Origin: Candidatus Daviesbacteria bacterium
Lineage (GTDB): Bacteria; Patescibacteriota; Microgenomatia; Daviesbacterales; UBA10151
Assembly (NCBI GenBank): GCA_016186955.1
Contig: JACPKP010000004.1
Coordinates: 5,942-69,941 of the forward strand
Length of the DNA stretch: 64,000 nucleotides
Direction: 5' to 3'
The translations under genes and the position numbers were made by a program. Shown in pieces: positions 48,745 through 59,544 of the stretch; positions within the stretch are counted from its first letter, which is position 1, and each line of letters starts with the position of its first letter. The notes under the pieces were generated by a model. That model was not told where the DNA came from and made no database searches. It saw nothing but the letters and a program-made list of their open reading frames with translations.

Positions 48745-49431
48745 CATTAAAAAATATAAAAATGGAGCTAATCAAACATTTATTTACTATAGATGCACTA
48801 AAAAAATAAAACCCTGTTCTCAAAAATACATTTCAGAACCTGAATTGGAGGGACAAGTAAGAAAAATAGTCTCTGATTGTGCGCTACCCCAAGAATGGGC
48901 TGATGATTGGTATAAATGGATGGAAAAAGATGAGAAAAAAGAACTAATACTTTCTGATGAAAATATTAAGAGGTTAAAAGATGAAGTTAAATCTTTAGAT
49001 AAAAAGTTAAATATCCTGCTGGACAGCTACTTAGATCAAGCTATTGATGCTGAAACTTATAAACCAAAAAGAACGAATTTTTCAATGAAAAATTAAAATT
49101 GGAGGAAGAAATAACAAAAATAAAGACAGACGGTTCGAGTTGGCTCGAACCTATGAAAGAGTGGTTAGGTAGCGCACTTTCGTGCGCAAAAATCGCGCGC
49201 ACAAAAAATACATGCTCCGATTTAGCAATCGGAGCAAAAACTGTCGGCTCGAACTTCTTTTTACTTAACCGCCGGCTGCTGGTAAATTATGAAAAGCCTT
49301 TTGCAGCACTCTGCGCGCCCCCACCCGCGCAGAGAAATTCCGAAGCTTTGGCTTCAAAATCCCTTTCGGTACCGCCTACGGGATTCGAACCCGTGATTAC
49401 TGGGATGAAAACCCAGCGTCCTAACCACTAG
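48745..49431 (+). pseudogene. Large serine recombinase C-terminal remnant running into tRNA-Glu antisense
   Basis: YYRCTK..PCSQKYISEPELEGQV zinc-ribbon end, coiled coil, frameshifts, ends ..VPPTGFEP inside the tRNA. Confidence 0.75.
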
Positions 49432-49442
49432 ACGAAGGCGGC
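49370..49442 (-). tRNA. tRNA-Glu(TTC)
   Basis: GCCGCCT/AGGCGGT acceptor, CTGGG-TTTTCAT-CCCAG, GTTCGAATC. Confidence 0.93.
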
Positions 49443-49516
49443 TCGTTACACTCGTCACTTATAAATTTTAACAAAATTTACCTTAAATAACCAGTTTACA
49501 AGCATGACTTAAAGGC

Positions 49517-51298
49517 TCATTTCGTACCGTTTAAATCAACTTTTCTGATCCGGACATTTTTTGGGGTGACTTCAACCAGTTCCGTATCATTAATATATTC
49601 TAAGGCATCTTCCAAATCCATAATTTTTGGTGCATTAAAATGTTCGGATACGCCTTCACCGCTGGAACAGTGGTTAGTCTGTTGTTTTTCCTTGCATACA
49701 TTAACACTCATATCGCCTGCTCTGGCGTTTTGGCCGATTACCTGTCCCTTGTAAACCGTAGTTCCCGGCTGAATAAAAACAATCCCCCTGCTTTGGATTG
49801 AGGCAAGCCCGTAAAGTTTGGTTATCCCGTTTTCATGCACAACCAGCGAACCCCTTTCCCTTTGGTAGTTTTGTCCCAAATCCTGCCTAAACTCAAAAAA
49901 GTTTGCATTTATTATTCCCGTACCTTTGGTATCGGTAATAAATTCACTTCTATACCCAAAAAGTTCTTTTGTTGCAATAAGAAACTCTAAAAATACAATC
50001 CCATTTTCCCGGCTCATCTCCTGCAAAACTCCATGGCGCAGCCCCATTTTTTGCATGACCACGCCCTGATAAAGTTCCGGGACTTCTATAAAAACCCGTT
50101 CAAAAGGGGTTATTACTTTCCCGTCACTTATTTTTTCTATCACCTTAGGTCTGGAAACCTGAAACTCAAAACCCTCACGCCTTAAACGCTCAATTAGAAT
50201 TGCCAGGTGCAATTCACCTCTCCCGCAAACTTCCCAGCCTATCCCGTTGTCGGAAACTTTTAGCGCCACATCATCGTCGGCAGCTTTGTAAAGCCGCTCC
50301 CTGATCTGTCTGGAAGTTTTAAACTCCCCCTCTTTTCCGGCAAATGGGGAGGTGTTTACCCCAAAAGTCATTATGACGGTAGGCTCTTCTATAGATAAAA
50401 GCGGTTGGGGCGGTGTACCAATTTCATCGGTAATTGTTTCACCGATAGTTATATCAGTGATTCCTGAAAAGGCTATAATGTCTCCGGCTCCGGCTTCATT
50501 TACGGCAATTTTTTCCAGTCCTTCAAAAACAATTAAAGAAGTTAAGCGGAATTTAAATCTCTCGCCCTCCCTGTTTATTTGTATAACATCCTGGTTGGCT
50601 TTAATCCTTCCGTTGATAATCCGGCCGGTTGCAATCCGGCCTTTAAAATTATCAGACGCAATAGAGGTGACCAAAACCTGGAGCGGTTTATCCGGGTTAC
50701 CTTTGGGAGAGGGGATATGTTTTATAACCGCTTCAAAAACAGGTGTTATATCTGCCATTGCCGGTAAATCAGGTTTGTTTCCGGCAACGCCATTTTTTGC
50801 CGAGGCGTAGATAATGGGAAAATAAGCGCTTTCCTCATCTGCCCCAAGTTCTATAAAAAGGTCAAAAGTTTTACTTATCACATGATCTATCCTGGCGTCA
50901 GGCCTGTCTATCTTGTTGATTACAACAATAATTTTTAATCCCAGAGCTAAAGCCTCCTGTAAAACAAACCTTGTCTGTGGCATAGGGCCCTCTTTTGCAT
51001 CCACCAAAAGCAGGCAGCCATCCACAAGTTTTAAAACGCGTTCAACCTCCCCGCCAAAATCCGCATGTCCGGGTGTGTCAACAATGTTAATTTTAGTTCC
51101 GCGGTAATTTACGGAAGCGTTTTTTGAAAAAATAGTTATGCCCCGTTCTTTTTCAAGCTCGTTGCTGTCCATAATCAAATTTTTGCCGTCAAATTCTTTG
51201 GAAAGTTTCGTTTGGGTTTGGCGGAGCAGGGCATCCACCAGAGTGGTTTTGCCATGGTCAACGTGGGCAATGATCGCTACGTTCCTTAAATTATTCAC
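49517..51298 (-). CDS. typA: Translational GTPase TypA/BipA
   Basis: [44 protein letters not shown]. Confidence 0.96.
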   Translation of the reverse strand: MNNLRNVAIIAHVDHGKTTLVDALLRQTQTKLSKEFDGKNLIMDSNELEKERGITIFSKNASVNYRGTKINIVDTPGHADFGGEVERVLKLVDGCLLLVDAKEGPMPQTRFVLQEALALGLKIIVVINKIDRPDARIDHVISKTFDLFIELGADEESAYFPIIYASAKNGVAGNKPDLPAMADITPVFEAVIKHIPSPKGNPDKPLQVLVTSIASDNFKGRIATGRIINGRIKANQDVIQINREGERFKFRLTSLIVFEGLEKIAVNEAGAGDIIAFSGITDITIGETITDEIGTPPQPLLSIEEPTVIMTFGVNTSPFAGKEGEFKTSRQIRERLYKAADDDVALKVSDNGIGWEVCGRGELHLAILIERLRREGFEFQVSRPKVIEKISDGKVITPFERVFIEVPELYQGVVMQKMGLRHGVLQEMSRENGIVFLEFLIATKELFGYRSEFITDTKGTGIINANFFEFRQDLGQNYQRERGSLVVHENGITKLYGLASIQSRGIVFIQPGTTVYKGQVIGQNARAGDMSVNVCKEKQQTNHCSSGEGVSEHFNAPKIMDLEDALEYINDTELVEVTPKNVRIRKVDLNGTK

Positions 51299-51337
51299 AA
51301 GAATTTAATTATAACGGATTACACAAAATATAGCAAA

Positions 51338-52003
51338 CTATGGGGTAGATTCCTGCACAAACTTACAATAAGAACAATCCCCGGAAGAATCAGGAATTTT
51401 TCCGTCCAGAATTTTTTTTGCTTCCATTATTTTATCCTCAACCCATGAGTCATTACCATCATAAGGCTGTACTTTAATATCAAAACTTAAATTGCCTTTT
51501 TTAAAACCCTTCTCCTTATTTACCCTGCAATAGACAAAATATCCCCTGTCCAAAACCTTAAACTTATTTTTTCTTAAGATCCACTGGTAGATTTCCATCT
51601 GGCGTTTGTAACTCTCATATAACTCTCCCTCTTTGGCGCCTGATGCTTTGTAGTCAACCACCATAAGGCTGCCTTTGGAGTCTACCCAGATGTCATCAAC
51701 CGCTCCAAACACTAAAAAATCAGTTTTTTTATGATGATACTGGATCCCGGTAAAAGTATTCCGCCATCTATCTATATCGTTGTGCATAAAGGGGATGGCG
51801 TCAATGCCTTCGCGGGTAATAAGGTAATGGGCTGTGCCGTTTTTGCGGTGTCCGTCAAATTCATTTTTGAGAAGAAAATCTACAGCATTGTTAATTGTGT
51901 AAGGAGCACCGAATGGGCGAGCAATACCCTTGCCGGCGTAAAGCCAGAAACAACGGGGACAGTCAAATAATAATTCTAATTTAGACCTCGATAATTTAAT
52001 CAT
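51338..52003 (-). CDS. PD-(D/E)XK nuclease (PDDEXK_1/Cas4-like)
   Basis: CPRCFW, GAVDD..VVDYK, QMEIY, CSYC. Confidence 0.85.
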   Translation of the reverse strand: MIKLSRSKLELLFDCPRCFWLYAGKGIARPFGAPYTINNAVDFLLKNEFDGHRKNGTAHYLITREGIDAIPFMHNDIDRWRNTFTGIQYHHKKTDFLVFGAVDDIWVDSKGSLMVVDYKASGAKEGELYESYKRQMEIYQWILRKNKFKVLDRGYFVYCRVNKEKGFKKGNLSFDIKVQPYDGNDSWVEDKIMEAKKILDGKIPDSSGDCSYCKFVQESTP

Positions 52004-53161
52004 ATGGTTCAAAATTGAGATAGTTTGATCTAACTATTATTTTCTTTTTTTACTTTTATCAACCAGCTTAACTGCTTTATTTGCAAAAGTCTCAAAATCC
52101 TTATCCGCCTTACTTAGATTTTTTAAACGGTTTTTGTAATAAACATTATATTCTTTTTCTGCCAATTCTTTTGCCAGTTCGTGCGAAATTTTGCCGGCGT
52201 CTTTTAAGATTTCTTTGTTATTGATCTGCAAAAAACTATTCAGCTTATCAATCCAATCTTTCATATACATTGGCACCCTCTGAATTGCCTGTCCCTGGGC
52301 AAACACAAGATATTGCTCGACAAGATTATTTAACACAAGAAGCTCTTGCTCGTTCAAGTAATTTTTGGCAATCACCACTTCTTCTTTTGTCGGTTTATTG
52401 CCTCTAAAGTTTGTTAATCCTACGTTTGGTTTTTTGCTATTCACTCTACCGGCAACTATTTCCGCAGCCGTACTTCCCGTAATCGCGTAATGGACTTTGT
52501 TTTGCACTGTTTTAAAAAATAGAATGCTTTGTTCGTCGGTCGGGTCATAGTCCACGCTGGTGGCATAAATATCAGTAATTTTCCTATAAAATCGTTTTTC
52601 AGAAGTGCGAATGTCCGCGATTCGTCGCGTCAAATCTTCAAAATAATCAAACGGCAAATCAGGATTTTTTAATCGCTCATCATCCAATACAAACCCTTTG
52701 ACAATATATTCGCGCAAGCGCGCTGTTGCCCACTGACGAAACGAAGTAGCAATAGAGCTTTTGACACGGTAACCTATAGAAATGATCAAATCCAAATTAT
52801 AGTATTCTAAATTTCGCGAAACCTCACGCTCACCTTCTTTTTGAACTGTTAAGTAATTCTTAACAGTTGCATTTTGAACTAACTCGCCTTCTCCAAAAAT
52901 ATTTTTTACATGCAGGCTAATATTATTTTTTGTTGTTTGAAACAGTTCTGCTAAAGCATTTTGAGTAAGCCACACCGTATCTCCGTCAAAACGCACATCA
53001 ATTTTTGTTTGCCCGTCTTCGGCTTTATAAATAATGATTTGTGATTTTTGATTGTTTGTTTTTATTCCTTTACTCTTAGACATATTATTTTTTATATCGT
53101 TTCAGAAACAACGGGGATAATCAAATAATAATTCTAATTTAGACCTCGATAATTTAATCAT
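51945..53161. repeat. 59-bp direct repeat (51945-52003, 53103-53161; 57/59 identical) flanking rhuM
   Basis: Both copies correspond to the first ~19 codons of the PD-(D/E)XK gene. Confidence 0.92.
52037..53083 (-). CDS. rhuM: RhuM family protein
   Basis: TVWLTQ..LF, YNLDLIISIGYRVKS..FRQWAT, IRTSEKRFY. Confidence 0.9.
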   Translation of the reverse strand: MSKSKGIKTNNQKSQIIIYKAEDGQTKIDVRFDGDTVWLTQNALAELFQTTKNNISLHVKNIFGEGELVQNATVKNYLTVQKEGEREVSRNLEYYNLDLIISIGYRVKSSIATSFRQWATARLREYIVKGFVLDDERLKNPDLPFDYFEDLTRRIADIRTSEKRFYRKITDIYATSVDYDPTDEQSILFFKTVQNKVHYAITGSTAAEIVAGRVNSKKPNVGLTNFRGNKPTKEEVVIAKNYLNEQELLVLNNLVEQYLVFAQGQAIQRVPMYMKDWIDKLNSFLQINNKEILKDAGKISHELAKELAEKEYNVYYKNRLKNLSKADKDFETFANKAVKLVDKSKKRK

Positions 53162-53164
53162 TTA

Positions 53165-53480
53165 TTTTCCTCCAAACCCTTTATTTCCATAGTTTACGCT
53201 ATTTGCCTGGTAGATAATTCTGCCAAAGCCGTAAAAATAAGCTCTGCCTCAGTCATACGCTTGCTTGCATTTTCAGTTGGTCACATTTTGTGATAGACTC
53301 ACTTCCTTCATGCTTTAAACGGTTTTTAAGTGTGGTCCAATAACTTTGCGCTTTTTTGAAATTGGGTTGTTCAGTAAGAACAGATATAATATCGATCACT
53401 GAAAAATACCATTTTTCCTTTTTCCCGTCCCATTCCCTGCGGATATTCTTGCCTTTAAAAACAGACAGTTGAACATTCAT
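53165..53480 (-). pseudogene. Bro-N/antirepressor-like gene with internal deletion
   Basis: IRREWD..WYFSVIDII..QLKMQAS joined out of frame to MTEAELIFTALAELSTRQIA. Confidence 0.7.
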
Positions 53481-53676
53481 TGTTTAAATATAAACCATAA
53501 ATTACCCGAAAGTCAATACTTCAATTTCACTCAGCATTGACCCTTAGGGAGAGCGAAGTGAGATTTATCCGGAGAGGTGTGAACTTATCCGCCAGCCGGC
53601 GGACAAATAAAGGGTGGATTTTTTCTTATAACTCTGAGTTTGCCGAAGGGCTATTCCAAGTGGAAGGTGGTTTTGC

Positions 53677-53904
53677 TCACAAAATACCCTGACTTTTGAG
53701 TTCCTGAAATAAGGTAACTGATCTTTCAAGGCCTGAAATTTTTAATGCATCTACATCTCTTCCGTCCCTGAGTTCTTTAATTGCAACATAGGCAAAGTTT
53801 TGTTTAATCCTTGACTCAATTTTTTTACCAATGAGAAGAGTCTTGACTAATCCGTCGTCGGAATAAATTTCTCCCTTAAGAACATCAAGAATAGTTTTAG
53901 CCAT
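53677..53904 (-). CDS. Hypothetical protein
   Basis: 75-aa ORF with ATG. Confidence 0.45.
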   Translation of the reverse strand: MAKTILDVLKGEIYSDDGLVKTLLIGKKIESRIKQNFAYVAIKELRDGRDVDALKISGLERSVTLFQELKSQGIL

Positions 53905-54398
53905 ATTATCTATATCCCGCGATTTATAATCTTTTTCCGAGGTAAAATATTGAATGATAAAGATAAATACTTCATTATTTGTGGGGAACTATGGAGTAAC
54001 TCTTAGCGCTTTGCCCAATCGCTCAAGAAAATTTTGTTTGAATGCTTTAAGAGAGGTTTTTTCATCTGCTCTAATCTCTTTTGAAAAAGAGTCTTGTTTA
54101 TACGCTTGTTGAGTTGAGGGAATAATTTCGCCAATGCCAATATCAAAGTCGATTGACGTTTTAGATTGACGTTTTAGGCTGCTTATTCTTCTTTGGCATG
54201 AAATTTTATACTAAGTGGCAGTTACAGTATATAGTTGGGTACCAGCTTTTGTATGAACTTTTTCTACAGCGTTCTCTGGTACTTCTTTACCGGCTTTTGT
54301 GAAGAACGAGACTTGAGCAGGATTATCTTTATATTTAGTCGCAATAAAACAAATAATTTGTTCCAGGGTCATGGTTTGGTCTTGTAACCAATAGCATT

Positions 54399-54650
54399 CT
54401 ATTCATTGATATAGATCTTTCCCTCTATCATAGCTTTGAGGAATTCAAGTTCACTCTCGACAATCTCCTTTCCTATTTTATTTCCGGCCTCAACATTTTC
54501 TATTAATTCGTCTCTAGTAAAATCTCCGGTATTCCCAATTACGACATTGAGTTCGTCTGAGGATGTTTTAAGACGCTCTATCACTAATTTTTTTAATTCT
54601 TCATCTGCATCAAATGATGGTGTTTTTTTTACTATTTTTTCTTCATTCAT
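54399..54650 (-). CDS. Hypothetical protein
   Basis: 83-aa ORF overlapping the upstream gene by ATGA. Confidence 0.6.
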   Translation of the reverse strand: MNEEKIVKKTPSFDADEELKKLVIERLKTSSDELNVVIGNTGDFTRDELIENVEAGNKIGKEIVESELEFLKAMIEGKIYINE

Positions 54651-54853
54651 ATGAGTATTTTCATTTGAGTTAATTTTTCTAGTATTTCTTTGCCTTTGAG
54701 GGTATTTTTATCTACTTCTAACCATGCTGCGTTCCAAGTTAAAGGCTGACCATCAATAATAACTATTACCCGATCACGTTCGTTTAAAGGTAAATTAGCG
54801 TAGATCTTTAAAAATTTTGATCTTGTATCCATTAATAAGCAATATAATACCAA
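54647..54853 (-). CDS. Hypothetical protein
   Basis: FLKIYANLPLNER..PLTWNAAWLEV; coupled to next gene; start uncertain. Confidence 0.6.
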   Translation of the reverse strand: MVLYCLLMDTRSKFLKIYANLPLNERDRVIVIIDGQPLTWNAAWLEVDKNTLKGKEILEKLTQMKILI

Positions 54854-54876
54854 AATTCTGTTACATTTACATTCAT

Positions 54877-54945
54877 TTCAATTTTTTCCTTCCACAATTG
54901 CAATTTCTTCCGGCGTCAATCCGTAGAGTTGATAAACTAATTGCT
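54877..54945 (-). pseudogene. C-terminal remnant of a type IIG (Eco57I-like) R-M enzyme
   Basis: QLVYQLYGLTPEEIAIVEGKN*. Confidence 0.7.
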
Positions 54946-55066
54946 GGATTTGTTTTTTTGTTTCACATTATACTGCATATCCCGCCAGAATCAGGGACTA
55001 TTAAAAACCTGCCAAAAGATTAAAACCTTAGGTAGGTTTTATAGTATCATACACCAAATAATAAGT

Positions 55067-55495
55067 ATGGACAAATTTTCTAAAGAGAAGCGAAGTTTCA
55101 TCATGTCGCGGATTAAAGGTAAAAATACAGGTATAGAGTTAATTGTAAGAAAAAAGCTGTGGGCTTTAGGGTTTAGAGGGTATAGGATCCATTCATCCAA
55201 AGTTTTAGGGAATCCGGACATTACTTTTGGGAAGAAAAAAATTGCCATCTTTTTGGATGGTGATTTTTGGCATGGTTATGTCCTTAAGGAAAGGGCAGGG
55301 AAGTTGCCCATATACTGGTTAAATAAGATCAAGGGGAATATGGGTCGCGATGAAAAATATTCAAAAGAGTTAAGGGGTCAAGGTTGGAAAGTAATAAGGC
55401 TTTGGGAACACGAAATCACGGAAAACTTTGATAAGGCGGTTGCTAAAATTGTAAAGGCTCTTGGAGGGGTAAATACGGCCTGTCAAATTCCTTGA
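55067..55495 (+). CDS. vsr: Very-short-patch repair endonuclease
   Basis: RSFIMSRIKGKNT..GNPDI..FLDGDFWHG..RLWEHE. Confidence 0.92.
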   Translation: MDKFSKEKRSFIMSRIKGKNTGIELIVRKKLWALGFRGYRIHSSKVLGNPDITFGKKKIAIFLDGDFWHGYVLKERAGKLPIYWLNKIKGNMGRDEKYSKELRGQGWKVIRLWEHEITENFDKAVAKIVKALGGVNTACQIP

Positions 55496-56714
55496 ATTTA
55501 TCCATACTTACATCCTCAAATTTATTATTATCTAACATGGCTATTACACATTGCCCTATATGGTAACCTAGGTTTACAGGGACAGCATTTCCTATTTGTT
55601 TATATTGAGAGCTGGTTGATCCAACAAATTCCCAATCATCAGGAAAAGTTTGTAGCCTGGCATATTCCCTTATTGCCAAAGGCCGTGTTTCCTCCGGGTG
55701 GCAACGTTCGGTTTGTTTCTGGGCAGGCGCACAAGTTAAAGTTAAGCTGGGTTCATTCCAGGATAGGCGTCTTGCCATACCAGTTTTTCCACCACCTAAA
55801 TAGAAACTTTTTCCCATATACTCTTTTTGTAATCCAATAGGTAATGACTTCCAGTATCCACCAGGTGGGACTAATTCCATAATCTTCTTTTTTTTCTCCG
55901 GGTATTGTTGGCCTGGTGATTTTGGGCAACCTCTTAGCGCTTCGCGTAATGAAATTGTATAATCTTTTTCCTTTGGGAAAATGAATGGGATGTTTAAATC
56001 CTTTCGGATGGCAATAATTACCAACCTTTCCCTTTTTTGTGGGACATCCAGGTATTGTGACTTAAGAATTCGGTAAGCAACTTTATATCCTAAATCCCCT
56101 AAACTTTTAACCATTGTAGCTAAAGTCTTACCACTGTCGTGCATTAATAACCCCCTGACATTTTCACCTATCGCTATTTTAGGGTTAGTTTCCTCCACAC
56201 ACCTAGCGAACTGGAAGAACATTGTCCCTCTTATGTCGCCAAAACCTAAACCTTTTCCTGCATAGCTGAATGATTGGCATGGGAAGCCTCCCTGAACTAT
56301 ATTGACTTTACCTACCCATTTCCTAAAGTCGACATTTGCTACATCACCTTGGAGGATATTCCAGCTTGGCCGGTTTTTCTTTAGAGTCTCTACGCAATTT
56401 TTATCGATTTCGTTTAGGAGGATATGGTTTATACCTGCATTTTCAAAGCCTAGTGCAGTACCTCCTGCACCTGCGAACAGTTCAATAGCTGTGTATTTTG
56501 TCTTTTTGCCTGATTTCAGTATGCGGAAGTTATTGATAGTACTTGTTCCTTTAACCTTGGTTTGCACCCGCTGGAGTTCATCTATACTAAAGAGGCGGTA
56601 ATTGTGGTCTGACCTGGCTGATTTTATTAATCCCTTTTTCTCCCATCTTCTTATGGTATCAACAGAAACATCCAGTTTCTGGGCAGCCACATGGATAGTA
56701 AGCAGTTTATTCAC
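55443..56714 (-). CDS. C5-cytosine DNA methyltransferase with N-terminal MerR-like HTH
   Basis: ELFAGAGG, GGFPCQSFS, ENV, QKRER, QIGNAVP; N-terminal TIRRWEKKG HTH; start uncertain. Confidence 0.92.
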   Translation of the reverse strand: MNKLLTIHVAAQKLDVSVDTIRRWEKKGLIKSARSDHNYRLFSIDELQRVQTKVKGTSTINNFRILKSGKKTKYTAIELFAGAGGTALGFENAGINHILLNEIDKNCVETLKKNRPSWNILQGDVANVDFRKWVGKVNIVQGGFPCQSFSYAGKGLGFGDIRGTMFFQFARCVEETNPKIAIGENVRGLLMHDSGKTLATMVKSLGDLGYKVAYRILKSQYLDVPQKRERLVIIAIRKDLNIPFIFPKEKDYTISLREALRGCPKSPGQQYPEKKKKIMELVPPGGYWKSLPIGLQKEYMGKSFYLGGGKTGMARRLSWNEPSLTLTCAPAQKQTERCHPEETRPLAIREYARLQTFPDDWEFVGSTSSQYKQIGNAVPVNLGYHIGQCVIAMLDNNKFEDVSMDKFKEFDRPYLPLQEPLQF

Positions 56715-56771
56715 TAAACTTATAATAATAGTAACCAATGCATAATGCAAGGGTTATAATTATTACAGGAC

Positions 56772-57464
56772 TTATGAATAGGTTTTTTCGAATATTTCCT
56801 TGTAAAAGGGGTCATTAACAATAACTTTTAAAGGTTTGCCTAAAACATCTCCAGTTATTTGAGGGAGAATCTCGTATAACTGTTTTAATGCATCAGGTAC
56901 CCCACTTGCAAGGGCATAGAAAGTTTTTCCGTCAGTTACGTGAATACGGCCAACTGTTTCCCTAACTGTATGGGTTTTATTATCAGGTGGAGAAAAATCC
57001 TTGTCATAAATGTACCTATTTTTTGGTATAATTTCAACATAGTATGCAGTAAAGCCGGGGTATTCGCTATCTAATGCATACTTGAGGTTATCGTAAATTA
57101 CTACCTTGTCAGAACCTTTTGTTGTATTGTGCTTATTTTTTATTTCAGCAATTATTTTTTTCCCAACATTCCTTATGTCTATCAAGTGTCCAGTCCCTAA
57201 ATCCTCCCACCCAGGCATAGAGCCCAGGATCCTTTGGTGGAAATCCCCTAATTTGTTTTGCATTGATTTTTGCCCCTGCCTTACCCTTTCTAATTCCACC
57301 CACTTGGATAAAGTTATTCCCTGGATTGAAGCTTCAAACACAGCGGAAAAAGGATCAACAGCATTTTTATAAAAACTCTTTTCTGTCTCTTGCTTAATAT
57401 ATGAGAGCACCCATGAAACGTGTTTATGTAGGTCTTCGTCTTTAATAAATGTAAGTAAAGCCAT
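56772..57464 (-). CDS. Type II restriction endonuclease, Eco47II-like
   Basis: VDPFSAVF, QKSMQNKLGDFHQRILG, AEIKNKHNT; adjacent to the MTase. Confidence 0.8.
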   Translation of the reverse strand: MALLTFIKDEDLHKHVSWVLSYIKQETEKSFYKNAVDPFSAVFEASIQGITLSKWVELERVRQGQKSMQNKLGDFHQRILGSMPGWEDLGTGHLIDIRNVGKKIIAEIKNKHNTTKGSDKVVIYDNLKYALDSEYPGFTAYYVEIIPKNRYIYDKDFSPPDNKTHTVRETVGRIHVTDGKTFYALASGVPDALKQLYEILPQITGDVLGKPLKVIVNDPFYKEIFEKTYS

Positions 57465-57471
57465 ATTTGGA

Positions 57472-58134
57472 TTATACCAAATTCTCTTTACTCATACTGA
57501 AGAAGCCTTCACCAGTAACTATGATGTGGTCGAAAAGTTCAATACCGAGTAATTTTCCAGCGTCGGCCAGTTTTGCAGTTATTTTTATATCTTCTTCTGA
57601 AGGGTCAGGATTGCCAGAAGGATGGTTATGGGCAATAATGATTTGGGCGGCGGAGTTACGAATGGCTGGTTCGAAGACTTCGCGCGGATGCACAAGCGAT
57701 TCATTTAATGTACCAATAGAAATAATTTCCCTACATATTTCCTGGTTCCTGGTATCTAAATAAAAAACCATAAAATGCTCCTTTTTAAGATCCCTAATAT
57801 CTTTTAATTGTTCCCAGACATCTTTTGGAGATAAAATTAACTCTGTTTTTTTCTCTTTTAATAAGCGTTTTCCAAGCTCAAAGCAAGCTACAATTTCACA
57901 TGCCTTTGTTTCCCCTAACCCTGTTGTATTTTTTAATGCTTTTACATCGGCCCTTGTTAAATTGTTGCCGGTAAATTTTTTAAGGATTTTATTTGAAAGT
58001 TCAACAACGTTTATACCTTTAATGCCAGTCCCTAAAAGGATAGCTAGAAGCTCTGAATTTGAAAGTTTTTCAGGCCCGTATCTAATCAGTTTTTCCCTTG
58101 GCCGGTCAATTTTTGGTAAATCCTTTATTTTCAT
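57472..58134 (-). CDS. radC: RadC/JAB domain protein
   Basis: PREKL..LAILLGTG, VHPREVF, AHNHPSG..D..DHII. Confidence 0.93.
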   Translation of the reverse strand: MKIKDLPKIDRPREKLIRYGPEKLSNSELLAILLGTGIKGINVVELSNKILKKFTGNNLTRADVKALKNTTGLGETKACEIVACFELGKRLLKEKKTELILSPKDVWEQLKDIRDLKKEHFMVFYLDTRNQEICREIISIGTLNESLVHPREVFEPAIRNSAAQIIIAHNHPSGNPDPSEEDIKITAKLADAGKLLGIELFDHIIVTGEGFFSMSKENLV

Positions 58135-58285
58135 ATTTATAGTTTAATATCTGCTTCGTTACATTCCATATAATTTTTTCTCAAATCCAATATTTAACTG
58201 CCTTAAAAGGCTATATGCTCTTGAGTATTTTATCTCTTTTGCCCCCTACAAACAACAAAAATGAGTAAAGAGTGCCGGAGAGATT

Positions 58286-58726
58286 TTACACCAAAATTTT
58301 TTCTCTTTGCAGGTGGAGGGCGCGGGATTCTAAATCTGCAAAACTTGGCATTACAGAGCGGGCTATGGAAAAGGCCCGGGATTTAAAATGTTCTGCAGCG
58401 GATTTGCCATCATGCAAAATCCTTGAGGCAATATTTGCCAGATAATCCAGCTTTAACATATCAGATCCACACCCGCTATGATCATGATGTCCAGACCTTT
58501 CCTCTGCCACAAAGCCCCCGCAAAGGCTGGCCATCATTCCAATGAGCGCCTCCTCTGCCCCAAAACCTGAAAAGGAAATTGAGGTATAACCTAAAGCATT
58601 ACCTTCTGGTATGATGCAAATTTTACAAACTTCCCCTCCTAAACTTTTTGCCACAGCAGCATGGCCAATTTCATGGATTGCCACCTGCTTTTCCTGCTCT
58701 GCTTCTTTCATGAGTAAATTATACAT
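58286..58726 (-). CDS. M41-like zinc peptidase domain protein
   Basis: AIHEIGHAAVA, LGYT, GGFVAEE, SD. Confidence 0.72.
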   Translation of the reverse strand: MYNLLMKEAEQEKQVAIHEIGHAAVAKSLGGEVCKICIIPEGNALGYTSISFSGFGAEEALIGMMASLCGGFVAEERSGHHDHSGCGSDMLKLDYLANIASRILHDGKSAAEHFKSRAFSIARSVMPSFADLESRALHLQREKILV

Positions 58727-58771
58727 GAAAATATTGTGCTTGGGAGGGATGAGTTTTACTGGTTTAAAATT

Positions 58772-59404
58772 TCATTCTAATGTTGGGGTATTTTGATCAG
58801 TATTTTCTATCATTGAAATTTCCCCTGTTTTCCAATTTAATCTTTTTGATGTCCCAAAAGAATAAAAAGCAACATATTTTGCCCTCTTATCTATTATATG
58901 ATCAGACCCGTATAGATATTTTTCTACTTCCTGATTACCGTCAAATAGATTAAAAGGATAGTATGCAATAAATTCCCATTTCTTCTTAGCGAAACCGAAA
59001 GGCACTACCATTAATCTGTAAAATTGCAATTTATTCAATACCGGCACAAAAGCAAAGATCCTGTCTGTTAAACTCGGGTCTTTTTTGCCTGTCCAAAATT
59101 CTTTTTTTAAGGGATATAAATTTTGAAAAATAATTGGTGTAATCATGGCTATATCAAAAACATCCAATATTTCTTTGGCATTTTCATTCTTGCTTATTTT
59201 TGCAGATTCTGTAAACTCTTTAATGCTTGCGATCACACCATTGATATTTATTGCTACTGTTGTTAAAGGGGTACTCATCAAGGGAATAATTTTTGAGGTA
59301 AAAAAAACCGATACCATTAAGGCTTCCTTGGGAAAGTCAGGGGTTAAATAACAATTTCTGTTTTTTAATTTTTTAATCATGTTATGCCCTATTTTGCCAA
59401 ACAT
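58772..59404 (-). CDS. Hypothetical protein
   Basis: ~200-aa ORF. Confidence 0.55.
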   Translation of the reverse strand: MFGKIGHNMIKKLKNRNCYLTPDFPKEALMVSVFFTSKIIPLMSTPLTTVAININGVIASIKEFTESAKISKNENAKEILDVFDIAMITPIIFQNLYPLKKEFWTGKKDPSLTDRIFAFVPVLNKLQFYRLMVVPFGFAKKKWEFIAYYPFNLFDGNQEVEKYLYGSDHIIDKRAKYVAFYSFGTSKRLNWKTGEISMIENTDQNTPTLE

Positions 59405-59544
59405 TACTTAATCTTGCAAATTTTGCACACAAGTTTACACCCCACGGGTGATTTAGCCCTACAAGCAACAAAAAATTTCCTTCTTGAAAATAGTGTACTT
59501 GGGAGTAAGATGGGTTTTACTGAATGAAAATTTCTATCAATTGT

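Noticed and set aside
51338-52003. Cas4 of a CRISPR system
   Set aside because: No cas1/cas2 or array in the window; best treated as a stand-alone PD-(D/E)XK nuclease.
54150-54178. 13-bp tandem duplication GATTGACGTTTTA
   Set aside because: Two copies in degraded DNA with no sign of function.
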